Shown here: positions 9,861 through 19,009 of the stretch, piece after piece | Layout: each line of letters opens with the position of its first letter | Numbering within the stretch: position 1 is the first letter of the stretch | Source of the DNA: Candidatus Thalassarchaeaceae archaeon | Lineage (GTDB): Archaea; Thermoplasmatota; Poseidoniia; Poseidoniales; Thalassarchaeaceae | Reading direction: 5' to 3' | DNA: 64,000 nucleotides | Assembly (NCBI GenBank): GCA_030747395.1 | Contig: JASLKT010000001.1 | Location: 4,661-68,660 of the forward strand | The notes under the pieces: generated by a model | What the model was told of the DNA's origin: nothing | The model's database searches: none | Seen by the model: the letters and a program-made list of their open reading frames with translations, nothing else | Position numbers and translations under genes: made by a program

Positions 9861-11111
9861 ATGTGGACACGAAAAGCAGCACTGTTCCTAACATCAGGTA
9901 TTTCTCTCGTCCTGATTGGAATGATGATTGCAAATTTCCAGTTGATGATTCTCGGTATCATGTTCATGGCTTTCCTAGCCATCAATTCGTGGGTCACGGG
10001 TCATGGTGAATTGGAAATTGTGCGGACACTATCAGCTGACAATCTGTACAAAGGTGATGATTTGTATGTCGAATTGGCGATTACAAACAGTTCATTCCGT
10101 CGTACACAACAATTGGAAGTATTTGACAACGTTCCGCATGAAATGAAATTGCGTAGTGGTCTCAACTACATGCGCGTCAATCTCGGCCCTGGGGAAACCA
10201 CGCGGATTCGCTATGTTTTGCGGTGCCCGCTTCGAGGACACTATTCCTTTGGGCCTGTGTCTGTTCGATATAGAAACACGTTCAACCTGTTCAGCCAAGA
10301 GATGTACATCGATCACCGCTCGGGTCTCATTGTATTCCCTCAAGTACGGGAAATTGAAGAAGCGATGGTTCGAAGTCGAACACCAAAGATGTACACGGGT
10401 GCAATGACTCTTCGAACCCCCGGTCCTGGTTCTGAATTTTTTTCACTGCGAGAATATGTTCCGGGAGACCCATTCAAGATTATCAATTGGAAAGCATTTG
10501 CTCGCACTGGTATCATGATGGTCAACGAAAAATGTCGTGATGCGGTCACAGATGTATTCATTCTTCTCGATTCAAGAGACATCAGTCGTATTGGTACCGT
10601 ACTCAAAAATCCACTAGAAATGGGTACAGTTGCCGCTGCAAGTTTGGCCTCTTATTTCATCAAGAGACGCGATTCTGTCGCCCTTGCTGTGTACGATGAT
10701 ACTCTGTCATATTTGCCAGCAGATGGTGGAGATAAGCAGTATTTCAAGGTCCTATCTAGCCTTGCGGGTGTCGCTCCAAAGGGTGACATGCCACTCCAAG
10801 CTGTAACCAATTCCCTCGCACCGCGATTCAGCCGTGGTAGCCCCGTATTCGTCATCTCAAGTCTTGAGGGTGATGGGACTGTGCCACATGCAATTCGCGA
10901 TTTGGCTGGCCGTGGTCACGAAGTCGTAATTCTCAGTCCATCCAGCATCGATTACGAGCGACTTGTGAGTCGAATCCCTCGAATGTCATATGAGGTGATG
11001 AAACTTGAACGACAAAATCGACTGTCCGCTGTTGCAGGTTATGGAGCACGTGTCATCGATTGGATGCCCGATGTAGAATTGAGTCAAGCACTACTACAGG
11101 TGAAAATGTGA
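9861..11111 (+). CDS. DUF58 family protein (vWA-like, MoxR-partner type)
   Basis: Signature LREYVPGDPFKIINWKAFART...VFILLDS. N-terminal 2 TM. GGAGGTGA Shine-Dalgarno upstream. Confidence 0.75.
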   Translation: MWTRKAALFLTSGISLVLIGMMIANFQLMILGIMFMAFLAINSWVTGHGELEIVRTLSADNLYKGDDLYVELAITNSSFRRTQQLEVFDNVPHEMKLRSGLNYMRVNLGPGETTRIRYVLRCPLRGHYSFGPVSVRYRNTFNLFSQEMYIDHRSGLIVFPQVREIEEAMVRSRTPKMYTGAMTLRTPGPGSEFFSLREYVPGDPFKIINWKAFARTGIMMVNEKCRDAVTDVFILLDSRDISRIGTVLKNPLEMGTVAAASLASYFIKRRDSVALAVYDDTLSYLPADGGDKQYFKVLSSLAGVAPKGDMPLQAVTNSLAPRFSRGSPVFVISSLEGDGTVPHAIRDLAGRGHEVVILSPSSIDYERLVSRIPRMSYEVMKLERQNRLSAVAGYGARVIDWMPDVELSQALLQVKM

Positions 11112-11123
11112 GGAGGTGAATGA

Positions 11124-12371
11124 ATGGCAGATGATGTAGCACAACAAGAGGAAGGTCTGACCAGCCTTCATTTGCGAACTCTGCGAAAGGAGTGGCGCGT
11201 TGTTTGCCTCCAACTTGTTGCGAGTATTTCTCTAATCTGGTTGTTCTTGACCATGACCCAAGTCTTTGGACACTGCCATCCAGATTATGTTGCCAGTGGT
11301 TCATGGTGCCCTGCACTGGATCACACACTAACCCTTGATCAAATCGAAGCTGGTTTCGCTGACGGCGGAGGATTTGATGAATTGCCCTTACCTGATTGGC
11401 TAACAGGCCAAGGCAACGAAGGTGATGGGCGATTTTACGTTCCTATTCTATTGACAATGGCCATTGCCGGTGCTTGGGTAGCCCTCAATTTCCAACCACC
11501 AGCACGTCGACGAAAGATTACCCTTGCATTGTTGGGTAGCATGATTCTATTCCTCGCTGGAATGTTCCTACTCACATGGACATTTGGCATGATTATCAAT
11601 TTCGACTTGTATTTACCATTCGGGCATTCTGATGATGCAATGAATCATGCAAATCATTTGGTTTGGCCCTTATCAGTCTACATTCAAGTACTCGTCATGT
11701 TGTTTTTCTTGGCGCCAGTACTCTTTGGCTTGATGGGAATCTGGGGCCTTTCAAAGCGAATGGTCAATTGGTCGATGGCATATATGCTCATTTTCCTTGG
11801 ACTGTATGCTCTGCTATCCTACGAGGGTGTGATCAGCCAATTATCGAGTGCGTCAGACCCTCATGCCCCAGGTCTCAATCCACTTCCAACTCAAATCGGT
11901 GAGGCCGATACGTTGGGTGGCTTGATTTCTGGTGATGTTTGGGAGTTGCTACTGGTTGCAATCCTCTTGATGGTTTATTCAGAAACTGCACAAGCGACGA
12001 TTCGCTTCCTTGAATACGCATTCCGATTGCCTGAATCCTGCAAGAAGGACCCTGAATATGTGCGCCAATTCCAGAGCATTCTCAACACGCACATGCAGCA
12101 TACTGTAGTCGTGATTCTAGCAGTTGGGTTCGTAACCATGCTCGCTCTCAAGTTCGATGATTTGATTATTGATATCGTGGGATGGACTGGTTCTGGTCAG
12201 TGGAGTGGACAGGTCAGAGAATCACTTGAATTGCGCCTCACCTATGGGAAGGTGATTTCGGCAATGCTATTCCTCACATTTGTTGCAGGACTACGTTACA
12301 TCGTCCCTTGGCAACGAATCTCAGGTCTAGTTGAATCTGCACTTGCGAGTAGGGGTAATACAAACCCCTAA
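11124..12371 (+). CDS. polytopic membrane protein, unknown
   Basis: 415 aa, more than 8 hydrophobic segments. GGAGGTGA Shine-Dalgarno. Last gene of the + strand array. Confidence 0.5.
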   Translation: MADDVAQQEEGLTSLHLRTLRKEWRVVCLQLVASISLIWLFLTMTQVFGHCHPDYVASGSWCPALDHTLTLDQIEAGFADGGGFDELPLPDWLTGQGNEGDGRFYVPILLTMAIAGAWVALNFQPPARRRKITLALLGSMILFLAGMFLLTWTFGMIINFDLYLPFGHSDDAMNHANHLVWPLSVYIQVLVMLFFLAPVLFGLMGIWGLSKRMVNWSMAYMLIFLGLYALLSYEGVISQLSSASDPHAPGLNPLPTQIGEADTLGGLISGDVWELLLVAILLMVYSETAQATIRFLEYAFRLPESCKKDPEYVRQFQSILNTHMQHTVVVILAVGFVTMLALKFDDLIIDIVGWTGSGQWSGQVRESLELRLTYGKVISAMLFLTFVAGLRYIVPWQRISGLVESALASRGNTNP

Positions 12372-12632
12372 TCAATCACCGCTAACGTGAATTCTTAGGA
12401 TTATGCGAGCAACGCCCTCTCCTAGAAGGAGAGTTCCGGCAGGTAATCCACAAATGGTCACAACCCACAATGCAATTGTGGGCCAATCAGATTCTGCCCA
12501 CATCCATTGACCAACAAAAATCGCAGTAACAATTGTAGTCAGGAATCCAATTCTCTCCAAGAGTCCAGGGTATCGACGGCCATGAGTTTCTTGTCGACCG
12601 ACGAGGGTTCCCGCTCCCTCATCCGCACTCAT
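12372..12632 (-). CDS. small 2-TM membrane protein
   Basis: 86 aa, two hydrophobic helices. 10 bp downstream of the coiled-coil gene on the same strand. Confidence 0.4.
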   Translation of the reverse strand: MSADEGAGTLVGRQETHGRRYPGLLERIGFLTTIVTAIFVGQWMWAESDWPTIALWVVTICGLPAGTLLLGEGVARIILRIHVSGD

Positions 12633-12641
12633 TTTCCCAAC

Positions 12642-15600
12642 TCACATATCGAGGTCTGACAATTCGCGTTCAAGATCGTCCAGTGCATCTCGTTGAACTG
12701 GATCAGCAGGAGGGGGTACACCGTTTTCTGTTGATTCTCGAACATCAGCAGCGGAATCAACTTCGGAGAGAGCGACATCAATATTTGCCATCAATGCAGC
12801 TTCATCGGCATCGCCAGCCACATTTGCAGGTGTCAATCCAGCAGAGATACGTGTTGAAATGTCCACACCATCGGTTTCGGCAGCAGCTTCAATCGGCTGC
12901 CAAGTTGAATTGGATGCTGGAGCCGCACTCGCCTCAGGTGTAGGTGCTGCAGCAGGTGCGCTGGGTGCAACCACAGAAGACGGTGAAGATACGACTGCAA
13001 CCACATCATCCACGGGATTCATGTGTCGAACCGCTTCATTGTTGATTTCAGGCCTTTCATGACGTGCCAATCCATCCACTTCGAAGGGTAAGCTGCCACT
13101 ACGTTGGAACGTCCATAGCGCCCCTGTTGGTTCTTCTCCGGTCAGACCTGCAACGTCCAATCGACGCAACAAGGATTCCAATACCTCCACAGTTTCAGCC
13201 AAGCCAACAGCATCTCCAGCGGTACGACGGTCTGCATCTAGATAGATTTCATCGAGAGAGCGTTGAATCAGACGTCGTGCCTCAACGGATATGTATGGTA
13301 GGGCTTCAGGCATGTGACTGAATCGCTCAAGAGGTTTCACATCTTCAGCTGGTAAGCCCAAATCGACAAGGCCACGGAGTACGTCTTGCATTTGTGCTAG
13401 CATTGTCACAGACCTCTCATATTCACCGAGTAATCCTTCAAGATCAATGACAACGTGCTGAACTGTTTCTGCCAGTTGGTGCTCTAGACGAGATTGTACT
13501 GACCATCGCGTCAAACCGCGAACTGTTGAGGCTGTTTCAGGTGCCTGTCTTTCTAGGAGGTCCATGACCTCAAGTGATAGCAGATGCCTCGGAGTTTTCG
13601 CAACTTCATCCACACTGTGTTGGATGATGGCCAATGCGCGTTCAACAGCGCGGTCGAGCAAGACGATACTGTAACCACGACTGCGAGCGTTCGCCATCCG
13701 GTCAAGGACTGGTTCTAGGCTAGAGAGTCCGCGCTCATCGCCGAGCAAAGCCTGAGCGAGAGGTTCTTCAGCCAACCGGGCACGGATTCGATCTGCTTCT
13801 TGTAAATCGAGAAGGGCCATCTCGTGCGCTTCTTGGATATCTTCGGCCTGCTCAAGCAGCATTCTCAATTCCGTCTCTGATTGGGCCTTGCGTGCATCAA
13901 GATCGCCAAGTTCACGAAGAAGTAAACGGCGTTCTTCCATCATTTCACGTAGTTCAGATTGCATGATTGTTGATTTGCGCTCAGAATCGAGAATGCGACC
14001 TCGCTCTTCTTCCATGAGGCGCCGGTGAGCGTGAGCTTCCGCTTCTAGTTCCACAAGTTCGGCCCGCTGACTCTCAATTCTACGTTCAACTTCGTCGAGT
14101 TCACCTTGTCCTGTTCGGTGTCGATCGCGCTGTGCGTTAACCTGTTCTGTGAGAACGCGCTGCAATCGCTCATCATGGTCCAATGATTTTCGGACTTCAT
14201 CAAGACGTGTTTCAGCAGCACTGAGTTCAGACTTGGTTGTTGCTTCTTCAGTTGATAATTCGCGCAAATCGGTGAGTAGGGATTCGCGGGAATCGAACTC
14301 GCCCAATGCACTGGCCAACTCTTCAGCACGCTTTTCGACCATGTGCTCCAATTCAGATACGCGCTTAGACAATCGATTGGAAAGGGACGTGGACTCATCT
14401 GTTTCAGATTCTGCGGCACGAACCTTGGCTGATAAATCATCAATCTCTCGATGAAGACCGCTTCTCTCATCACGGGATTCACTCAATGTGGATTCAAGAT
14501 CGTGCATCATATCTCGCGCTTCATCTCTTGATGCGCGAGCATCTGCAACTTCTCTCTCTAGGCGACCTTTCTCTCTCTCGAGTGAAATCTGAGTGTGTTC
14601 AAGTTGTTCGATACGCTTCTTGATTTCACCTCCAGCAGGAGTGAGGACCTTTGAACTTGATACTGGCATCAATTTGGCCATAGGTCCACCACTTTCGAGC
14701 ATCTTCCATGTGGACCGCCCGGATTCCATGGCTTCAAGACCCAAATCAAACCCGAAGAGAGCGTCAAGCCGTCCAGTCAACAATCGCTTTCGATCATCCG
14801 AGCGAGTACGACAACCGGCAATTGCATCAGCAAAATGTGCGAGTGAGAAATCTGCCACTGTAGAGCCAGCGAGGCCTAAGCGCGCTCTTCTCTCCAACCT
14901 GTGTGACTGTAGGCGACGAGAAGAGGTGGTCATCGTATGTACTGCATCGGAAAGTGCGGCCCCTTCAGATTCCCGCAATCCAGTTGGAACTCCATCCACT
15001 AGCATAACTGAAATCGGATCGGCTGATTCCGATACAGATTGGATATAGCCCGTGAGGTGGTCTTCATAGGCCATTCGAAGATGAGAAATTAATTGGTCAA
15101 TTCCAGATTTTGTTTCCTTGGTGATGAAACCCTCTGGCAACTCTTCATTCTCGGCCAATGCATCTTCATCCATTGTTCCAACGAGGCTTGCTGCATTGGA
15201 GAGAGCCGCATGTGCATCAGCCCCATGTCGGCACCAAATCGCAATTGCTGCTTGACCTGCTTCCGTGAGCATCAATTGCCCACCTTCCAATCGTAAATTG
15301 GTTGAGAGTGATTCATCTTGAGTGAATTTCGATGACAAGCCGCGGAGGTGTTCATGGCCTAAAGTGGCAAGATCGTCTGGTGTTGAAGGCAATTCACCAC
15401 TCGAGTGGATGACGACGCCATCCTCAAATGCCAATCCACCCATGACTTCATCAGATTCAGTCAAGCGATCGACGAGTAAGGCCAAGTCGGTTGTTTCAAT
15501 AGGTAGTGCGGCAGCACCTTGAGCAAGTAATGAGGCGACATCAGAAGGATCTGAAAATGCCTCAGGAATTCTACGAGCTACTTCTGTGAATTGAGACATT

Positions 15601-15878
15601 GTCCATGATGCGCCACGCGAATTGAGGTCGTGAGCATCAGACAATTCCAGCAAACGATTCTTGGCAGCATCCCCTGTAACGAATGTTTGCTTGGCTTCAG
15701 ATTCAGCCAACCATCCGACAACACGCCCACCGTGAATCAATCGATGCGCACAAGCAGTTTTTGCACGAGGTTTGTAATGAGAAATTACACCTGTCTCAAA
15801 GGGCATCTGATTTTGCCCCACACTCAAATCGGCTTCAGAATCAACAGCATTTCCAGGGGGTAGATTAAACATTTTCAC
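12642..15878 (-). CDS. large coiled-coil protein with N-terminal Roadblock/LC7 (MglB-like) domains
   Basis: 1078 aa. aa ~130-230 (GGLAFEDGVVIHSSGELP...AIAIWCRHGADAHAAL) fits the Roadblock fold, with a second weaker copy near aa 270-330. Then ~350 aa of heptad-rich, E/R/L-rich coiled coil and an Ala/Pro/Asp-rich acidic tail. Start may be ATG at 15872 rather than GTG at 15878. Confidence 0.6.
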   Translation of the reverse strand: MKMFNLPPGNAVDSEADLSVGQNQMPFETGVISHYKPRAKTACAHRLIHGGRVVGWLAESEAKQTFVTGDAAKNRLLELSDAHDLNSRGASWTMSQFTEVARRIPEAFSDPSDVASLLAQGAAALPIETTDLALLVDRLTESDEVMGGLAFEDGVVIHSSGELPSTPDDLATLGHEHLRGLSSKFTQDESLSTNLRLEGGQLMLTEAGQAAIAIWCRHGADAHAALSNAASLVGTMDEDALAENEELPEGFITKETKSGIDQLISHLRMAYEDHLTGYIQSVSESADPISVMLVDGVPTGLRESEGAALSDAVHTMTTSSRRLQSHRLERRARLGLAGSTVADFSLAHFADAIAGCRTRSDDRKRLLTGRLDALFGFDLGLEAMESGRSTWKMLESGGPMAKLMPVSSSKVLTPAGGEIKKRIEQLEHTQISLEREKGRLEREVADARASRDEARDMMHDLESTLSESRDERSGLHREIDDLSAKVRAAESETDESTSLSNRLSKRVSELEHMVEKRAEELASALGEFDSRESLLTDLRELSTEEATTKSELSAAETRLDEVRKSLDHDERLQRVLTEQVNAQRDRHRTGQGELDEVERRIESQRAELVELEAEAHAHRRLMEEERGRILDSERKSTIMQSELREMMEERRLLLRELGDLDARKAQSETELRMLLEQAEDIQEAHEMALLDLQEADRIRARLAEEPLAQALLGDERGLSSLEPVLDRMANARSRGYSIVLLDRAVERALAIIQHSVDEVAKTPRHLLSLEVMDLLERQAPETASTVRGLTRWSVQSRLEHQLAETVQHVVIDLEGLLGEYERSVTMLAQMQDVLRGLVDLGLPAEDVKPLERFSHMPEALPYISVEARRLIQRSLDEIYLDADRRTAGDAVGLAETVEVLESLLRRLDVAGLTGEEPTGALWTFQRSGSLPFEVDGLARHERPEINNEAVRHMNPVDDVVAVVSSPSSVVAPSAPAAAPTPEASAAPASNSTWQPIEAAAETDGVDISTRISAGLTPANVAGDADEAALMANIDVALSEVDSAADVRESTENGVPPPADPVQRDALDDLERELSDLDM

Positions 15879-16180
15879 ACCTCAAGTAGATCTTCGATAA
15901 CAGGTCTTAGCATTCGAGCCTCGTGACTCAATCGACCAACGGGCAATACATCACTAGCAAGCCAAAGACTAGAACCGCCTCGAATCGCAGTTGCTACCGT
16001 CGTTGCCTCACCTTCAAACCACATCTCATCAATGCGGCCGATTTTGAGAGTTGTTGCCATCTTCATGGCCCGATGGAAAAGTGTGATGTTTCCTTGTCCT
16101 TCGCCACCCATTGTATCTCCCTCACTCGATAATAAGCAAGCCTCGATTTGATCGAGATTTGAGAGCAAACGAGTCAACAT
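15875..16180 (-). CDS. Roadblock/LC7 family protein
   Basis: 101 aa, EGDTMGGEGQGNITLFHRAM...IGRIDEMWFEGEATTVATAIRGGSSLWLASDV matches the Roadblock/MglB pattern. Stop overlaps the start of the downstream coiled-coil gene (4-nt overlap). Confidence 0.55.
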   Translation of the reverse strand: MLTRLLSNLDQIEACLLSSEGDTMGGEGQGNITLFHRAMKMATTLKIGRIDEMWFEGEATTVATAIRGGSSLWLASDVLPVGRLSHEARMLRPVIEDLLEV

Positions 16181-16235
16181 GGGCGTCCTCAGAAGTCATC
16201 GAGGCAGAATCCGACTTCAAGAACTTGCCCCATAC

Positions 16236-16253
16236 CGGCCCCTAAGGGGGCCG
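16236..16253. other. GC hairpin CGGCCCC-TAAG-GGGGCCG
   Basis: Perfect 7-bp GC stem. Lies in the divergent region upstream of the Roadblock operon. Near-identical hairpin type at 29604..29621. Confidence 0.3.
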
Positions 16254-16373
16254 TTTGATGAGTGAAATTGATTCGCCAACTGGAAAATGGCGATATTGAT
16301 GCAATTTTGCCACGTTTGGAGTGGATATTGTTTTGAAAAAAAGGCGAAAAGAATACAATGATGGAGATTATAG

Positions 16374-16409
16374 ATTTCAATTGAAAGTTTCATTTTCCAA
16401 TTGGGAAAT
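16374..16409. promoter_or_regulatory. tandem CAATTG-palindrome element (ATTTCAATTGAAAG + TTTTCCAATTGGGAAA, centres 20 bp apart)
   Basis: Read from sequence. Sits immediately upstream of a TATA-like TTTGAATAAA (16431-16440), ~25 bp before the GTG start at 16460. Confidence 0.5.
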
Positions 16410-16459
16410 TCAGATTTCCAACAGGGTCGATTTGAATAAACAAACCCCATCCCCGTTCT

Positions 16460-17476
16460 GTGTCAGTATCACTGGATGTGCAATCTTGCAGTCGATGTAG
16501 TCATCCTGCTGTTATACATCAGATTTACAGTGGCCAACATCTTTGCCAATTACATTTGGCAAAATCAATACGAAAACGTGTTTCAAAGACCCTGCGGGAA
16601 CAACTCAACCTTCCATCTGATGCGCGAGATGCAGATGGGTTGGCTTCGGTGATTTTGGTTTGTATTTCAGGCGGAAAGGATTCTGCAGTATTGCTTGATA
16701 TGCTCGTCAAAATCGTTGGTTCTCGTCGCGATATTGAATTGGTTTGCGGCTGTGTGGATGAAGGCATAGATGGGTATCGATCACCCTCAATGGAATGTGC
16801 CAAGGAATTGGCTGAATCCCACAATTTGCGCTTTGAAACAATTGCCTATCCCGAGTTGGGATACCAAAGAATGGATGAAATTGTAAAAGCGATGCCGTTG
16901 ATGGCAGAAAATCACAAGGAAGCAAGGGGGATGAAACCCTGCTCGTATTGTGGTGTGTTCAGGAGGCAGGGACTCAATGCACTGGCCGAACGTGTTGGGG
17001 CAAGATGGATGGCGCTTGGGCACAACCTCGACGATACCGCACAATCCGTTCTCATGAATTTGGGCAAGGGGGAAATGGAGAGGATCATTCGCTTGGCTCC
17101 TCACACATCGATGCCGTTAGATGGGCTGCCGCCCCGTATCGTCCCACTCCGTTGGGTTCCTGAACGTGAGATTCATGCTTATGCGATTGGGACTGGGTTG
17201 CCCATTCATCACGATGATTGCCCGCATGCCACCGGTGCTCTAAGACAAAAACACAGAGCTTACCTTGCTGAGATGGAAGCCGCGAACCCAGGAACCATGC
17301 ATGGACTTGTACATTCAATGGATGCGATTCGGGATTTGTGGTCTACTTCAGAAAATCCACCCGCTTCATGGAAACCCGGCCAAGCCACCCAGTGCAGTGA
17401 ATGTAGTTCACCTTCTAGCCAAACGATTTGTCAGGCTTGTACGTTCAAGGCTTGGTTATCTGAAATCTCCGGATGA
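16460..17476 (+). CDS. Ncs6/NcsA/TtuA-type tRNA 2-thiolation PP-loop ATPase
   Basis: PP-loop ISGGKDSAVL. N-terminal C-x-x-C...C-x-x-H and C-terminal C-x-x-C...C-x-x-C zinc ribbons. 338 aa. Confidence 0.75.
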   Translation: MSVSLDVQSCSRCSHPAVIHQIYSGQHLCQLHLAKSIRKRVSKTLREQLNLPSDARDADGLASVILVCISGGKDSAVLLDMLVKIVGSRRDIELVCGCVDEGIDGYRSPSMECAKELAESHNLRFETIAYPELGYQRMDEIVKAMPLMAENHKEARGMKPCSYCGVFRRQGLNALAERVGARWMALGHNLDDTAQSVLMNLGKGEMERIIRLAPHTSMPLDGLPPRIVPLRWVPEREIHAYAIGTGLPIHHDDCPHATGALRQKHRAYLAEMEAANPGTMHGLVHSMDAIRDLWSTSENPPASWKPGQATQCSECSSPSSQTICQACTFKAWLSEISG

Positions 17477-17479
17477 AAA

Positions 17480-17956
17480 TCAGAGTAAATTTTCGATGAG
17501 TTCGTCCATATCCTGTGGGCGGCCACAGTAGCGGCAACGCAATTCAATCGGGTCCCCATTCACGACCTTCAAACGATGATCTTGTGGTTCGCGTGGATTG
17601 ATTGTGATGCAATTCGAAAACGTACAACTGGCGATATTCACGAGTTCGGAACCGATGCTGACCTCGCGTTTCTCTGCAACCGAATATGATCGAATAATCG
17701 CCACGCTGGCCTTGGGTGCAATAAGTGCAAGTCGGTCGAGTTCATCTTGGGTGAGTTCACGATCTTCAACCTTGATGATATCCTTTCGCCCATGCTTGGA
17801 TGAGGGGACATTCATCACCAGACTAATCGGAGAGGAGCGATCGCCAGAAATGCCTAACATTTGCAGAACTGCAAGTGCTGCACCAGCAGGGACGTGATCG
17901 ATGACTGTTCCATTGTTAATCGCTGTAACACGCCGCATTTCTCCAGTTGACATCAA
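17480..17956 (-). CDS. pyrI: aspartate carbamoyltransferase regulatory subunit
   Basis: 158 aa, INNGTVIDHVP N-terminal motif, C-terminal C-x-x-C...C-x-x-C Zn domain (CRYCGRP). 4-nt overlap with pyrB. Confidence 0.85.
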   Translation of the reverse strand: MMSTGEMRRVTAINNGTVIDHVPAGAALAVLQMLGISGDRSSPISLVMNVPSSKHGRKDIIKVEDRELTQDELDRLALIAPKASVAIIRSYSVAEKREVSIGSELVNIASCTFSNCITINPREPQDHRLKVVNGDPIELRCRYCGRPQDMDELIENLL

Positions 17957-18888
17957 GCCTCACCTCCTGGCACGGCAACCCCGAGGAGACGACACATGAG
18001 TGCCATTCTAGCGACCACTCCGTTGAATGCCTGCTCAAAGTAGCGTGCGTGTCGAGTTGCATCGACATCTGATGAAATTTCGTTCACCCTCGGCAACGGA
18101 TGCATGACAATCATCTCACCCTTTGCACCTGCAAGATCTGCTGCGGTCAGTTTGTAGATGCCTGCAACCTTTGCATATTCGTCCTCATCAGGAAATCGCT
18201 CCTTTTGGATGCGGGTCATGTAGATGACGTCGGCATCTGGTATTGCCCCGTAGAGATCTTCTGTTTCTGTAATCTTGGCGCCTTCGTTGTTCAAATCGGA
18301 TACAATTTCAGCAGGCATAGCCAATTGTGATGGAGATATGAATATCAAATTGCAGTCAAATCTTGCCAATGCGTGAGATAGACTGTGAACGGTTCGCCCG
18401 TATCTTAAATCACCGACAAGAGCGACAGTTAGACCATCAAGTCGGCCATGTGCTTGTCGGATGGTAAATAGATCAAGCAATGTTTGAGTTGGATGATGCC
18501 CGGCTCCGTCGCCTCCATTCATAATCGGGATGGCACATGCGTCTGCAGCATATTGTGCAGCGCCTTGACGGGGGTGCCGTAAAGCGGCGATGTCGCAGTA
18601 ACCATCGACCATTCTCATGGTGTCATACAATGTCTCACCTTTGACTGCCGACGATGAATTGACATCTCCGAGATTGACAACGCCACCACCCAATCGCTTC
18701 ATTGCAGACTCAAATGACATTCGAGTACGGGTGCTTGGCTCAAAGAACATGTTCGCCAATAACTTGCCCTGAAGGAGTGGGAGGTACTCAGAACCGTGGG
18801 CTACAGGTAGCAGGCGTTCCGCATCGTCAAGGAGCGAAATAATCTCCTCATTTGTCAGGTCATCCATGGTGATGAGGTCGCCGTCCAT
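17953..18888 (-). CDS. pyrB: aspartate carbamoyltransferase catalytic subunit
   Basis: STRTR carbamoyl-phosphate-binding motif (FFEPSTRTRMSF) and HPLP motif. 311 aa. Confidence 0.9.
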   Translation of the reverse strand: MDGDLITMDDLTNEEIISLLDDAERLLPVAHGSEYLPLLQGKLLANMFFEPSTRTRMSFESAMKRLGGGVVNLGDVNSSSAVKGETLYDTMRMVDGYCDIAALRHPRQGAAQYAADACAIPIMNGGDGAGHHPTQTLLDLFTIRQAHGRLDGLTVALVGDLRYGRTVHSLSHALARFDCNLIFISPSQLAMPAEIVSDLNNEGAKITETEDLYGAIPDADVIYMTRIQKERFPDEDEYAKVAGIYKLTAADLAGAKGEMIVMHPLPRVNEISSDVDATRHARYFEQAFNGVVARMALMCRLLGVAVPGGEA

Positions 18889-19009
18889 CTTACCCGCCGG
18901 AACTCCTCGGACGCTCCCCGAACTTATTCATTGGGGTGGATAAACATGGTCGATTCCATAGGAATCGGAAGCCGAGGGCTTGAAGGGGGATTGCTGAGTC
19001 GCCGAAACG

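Noticed and set aside
765-15048. Numerous 60-170-aa ORFs nested antisense or out of frame inside large CDSs (e.g. 765..971, 4080..4436, 4502..4975, 5655..6161, 14045..14482, 14593..15048)
   Set aside because: Fully embedded in genes with strong family evidence. Compositionally biased (Ser/Arg/Pro-rich) as expected for alternative frames of GC-balanced coding DNA. No motifs.
16189-16450. ORFs 16189..16380 and 16217..16450 (- strand) in the Roadblock/ttuA intergenic region
   Set aside because: They read through the GC hairpin and the CAATTG repeat element and encode low-complexity F/S/I-rich peptides. More likely promoter/regulatory DNA than genes.
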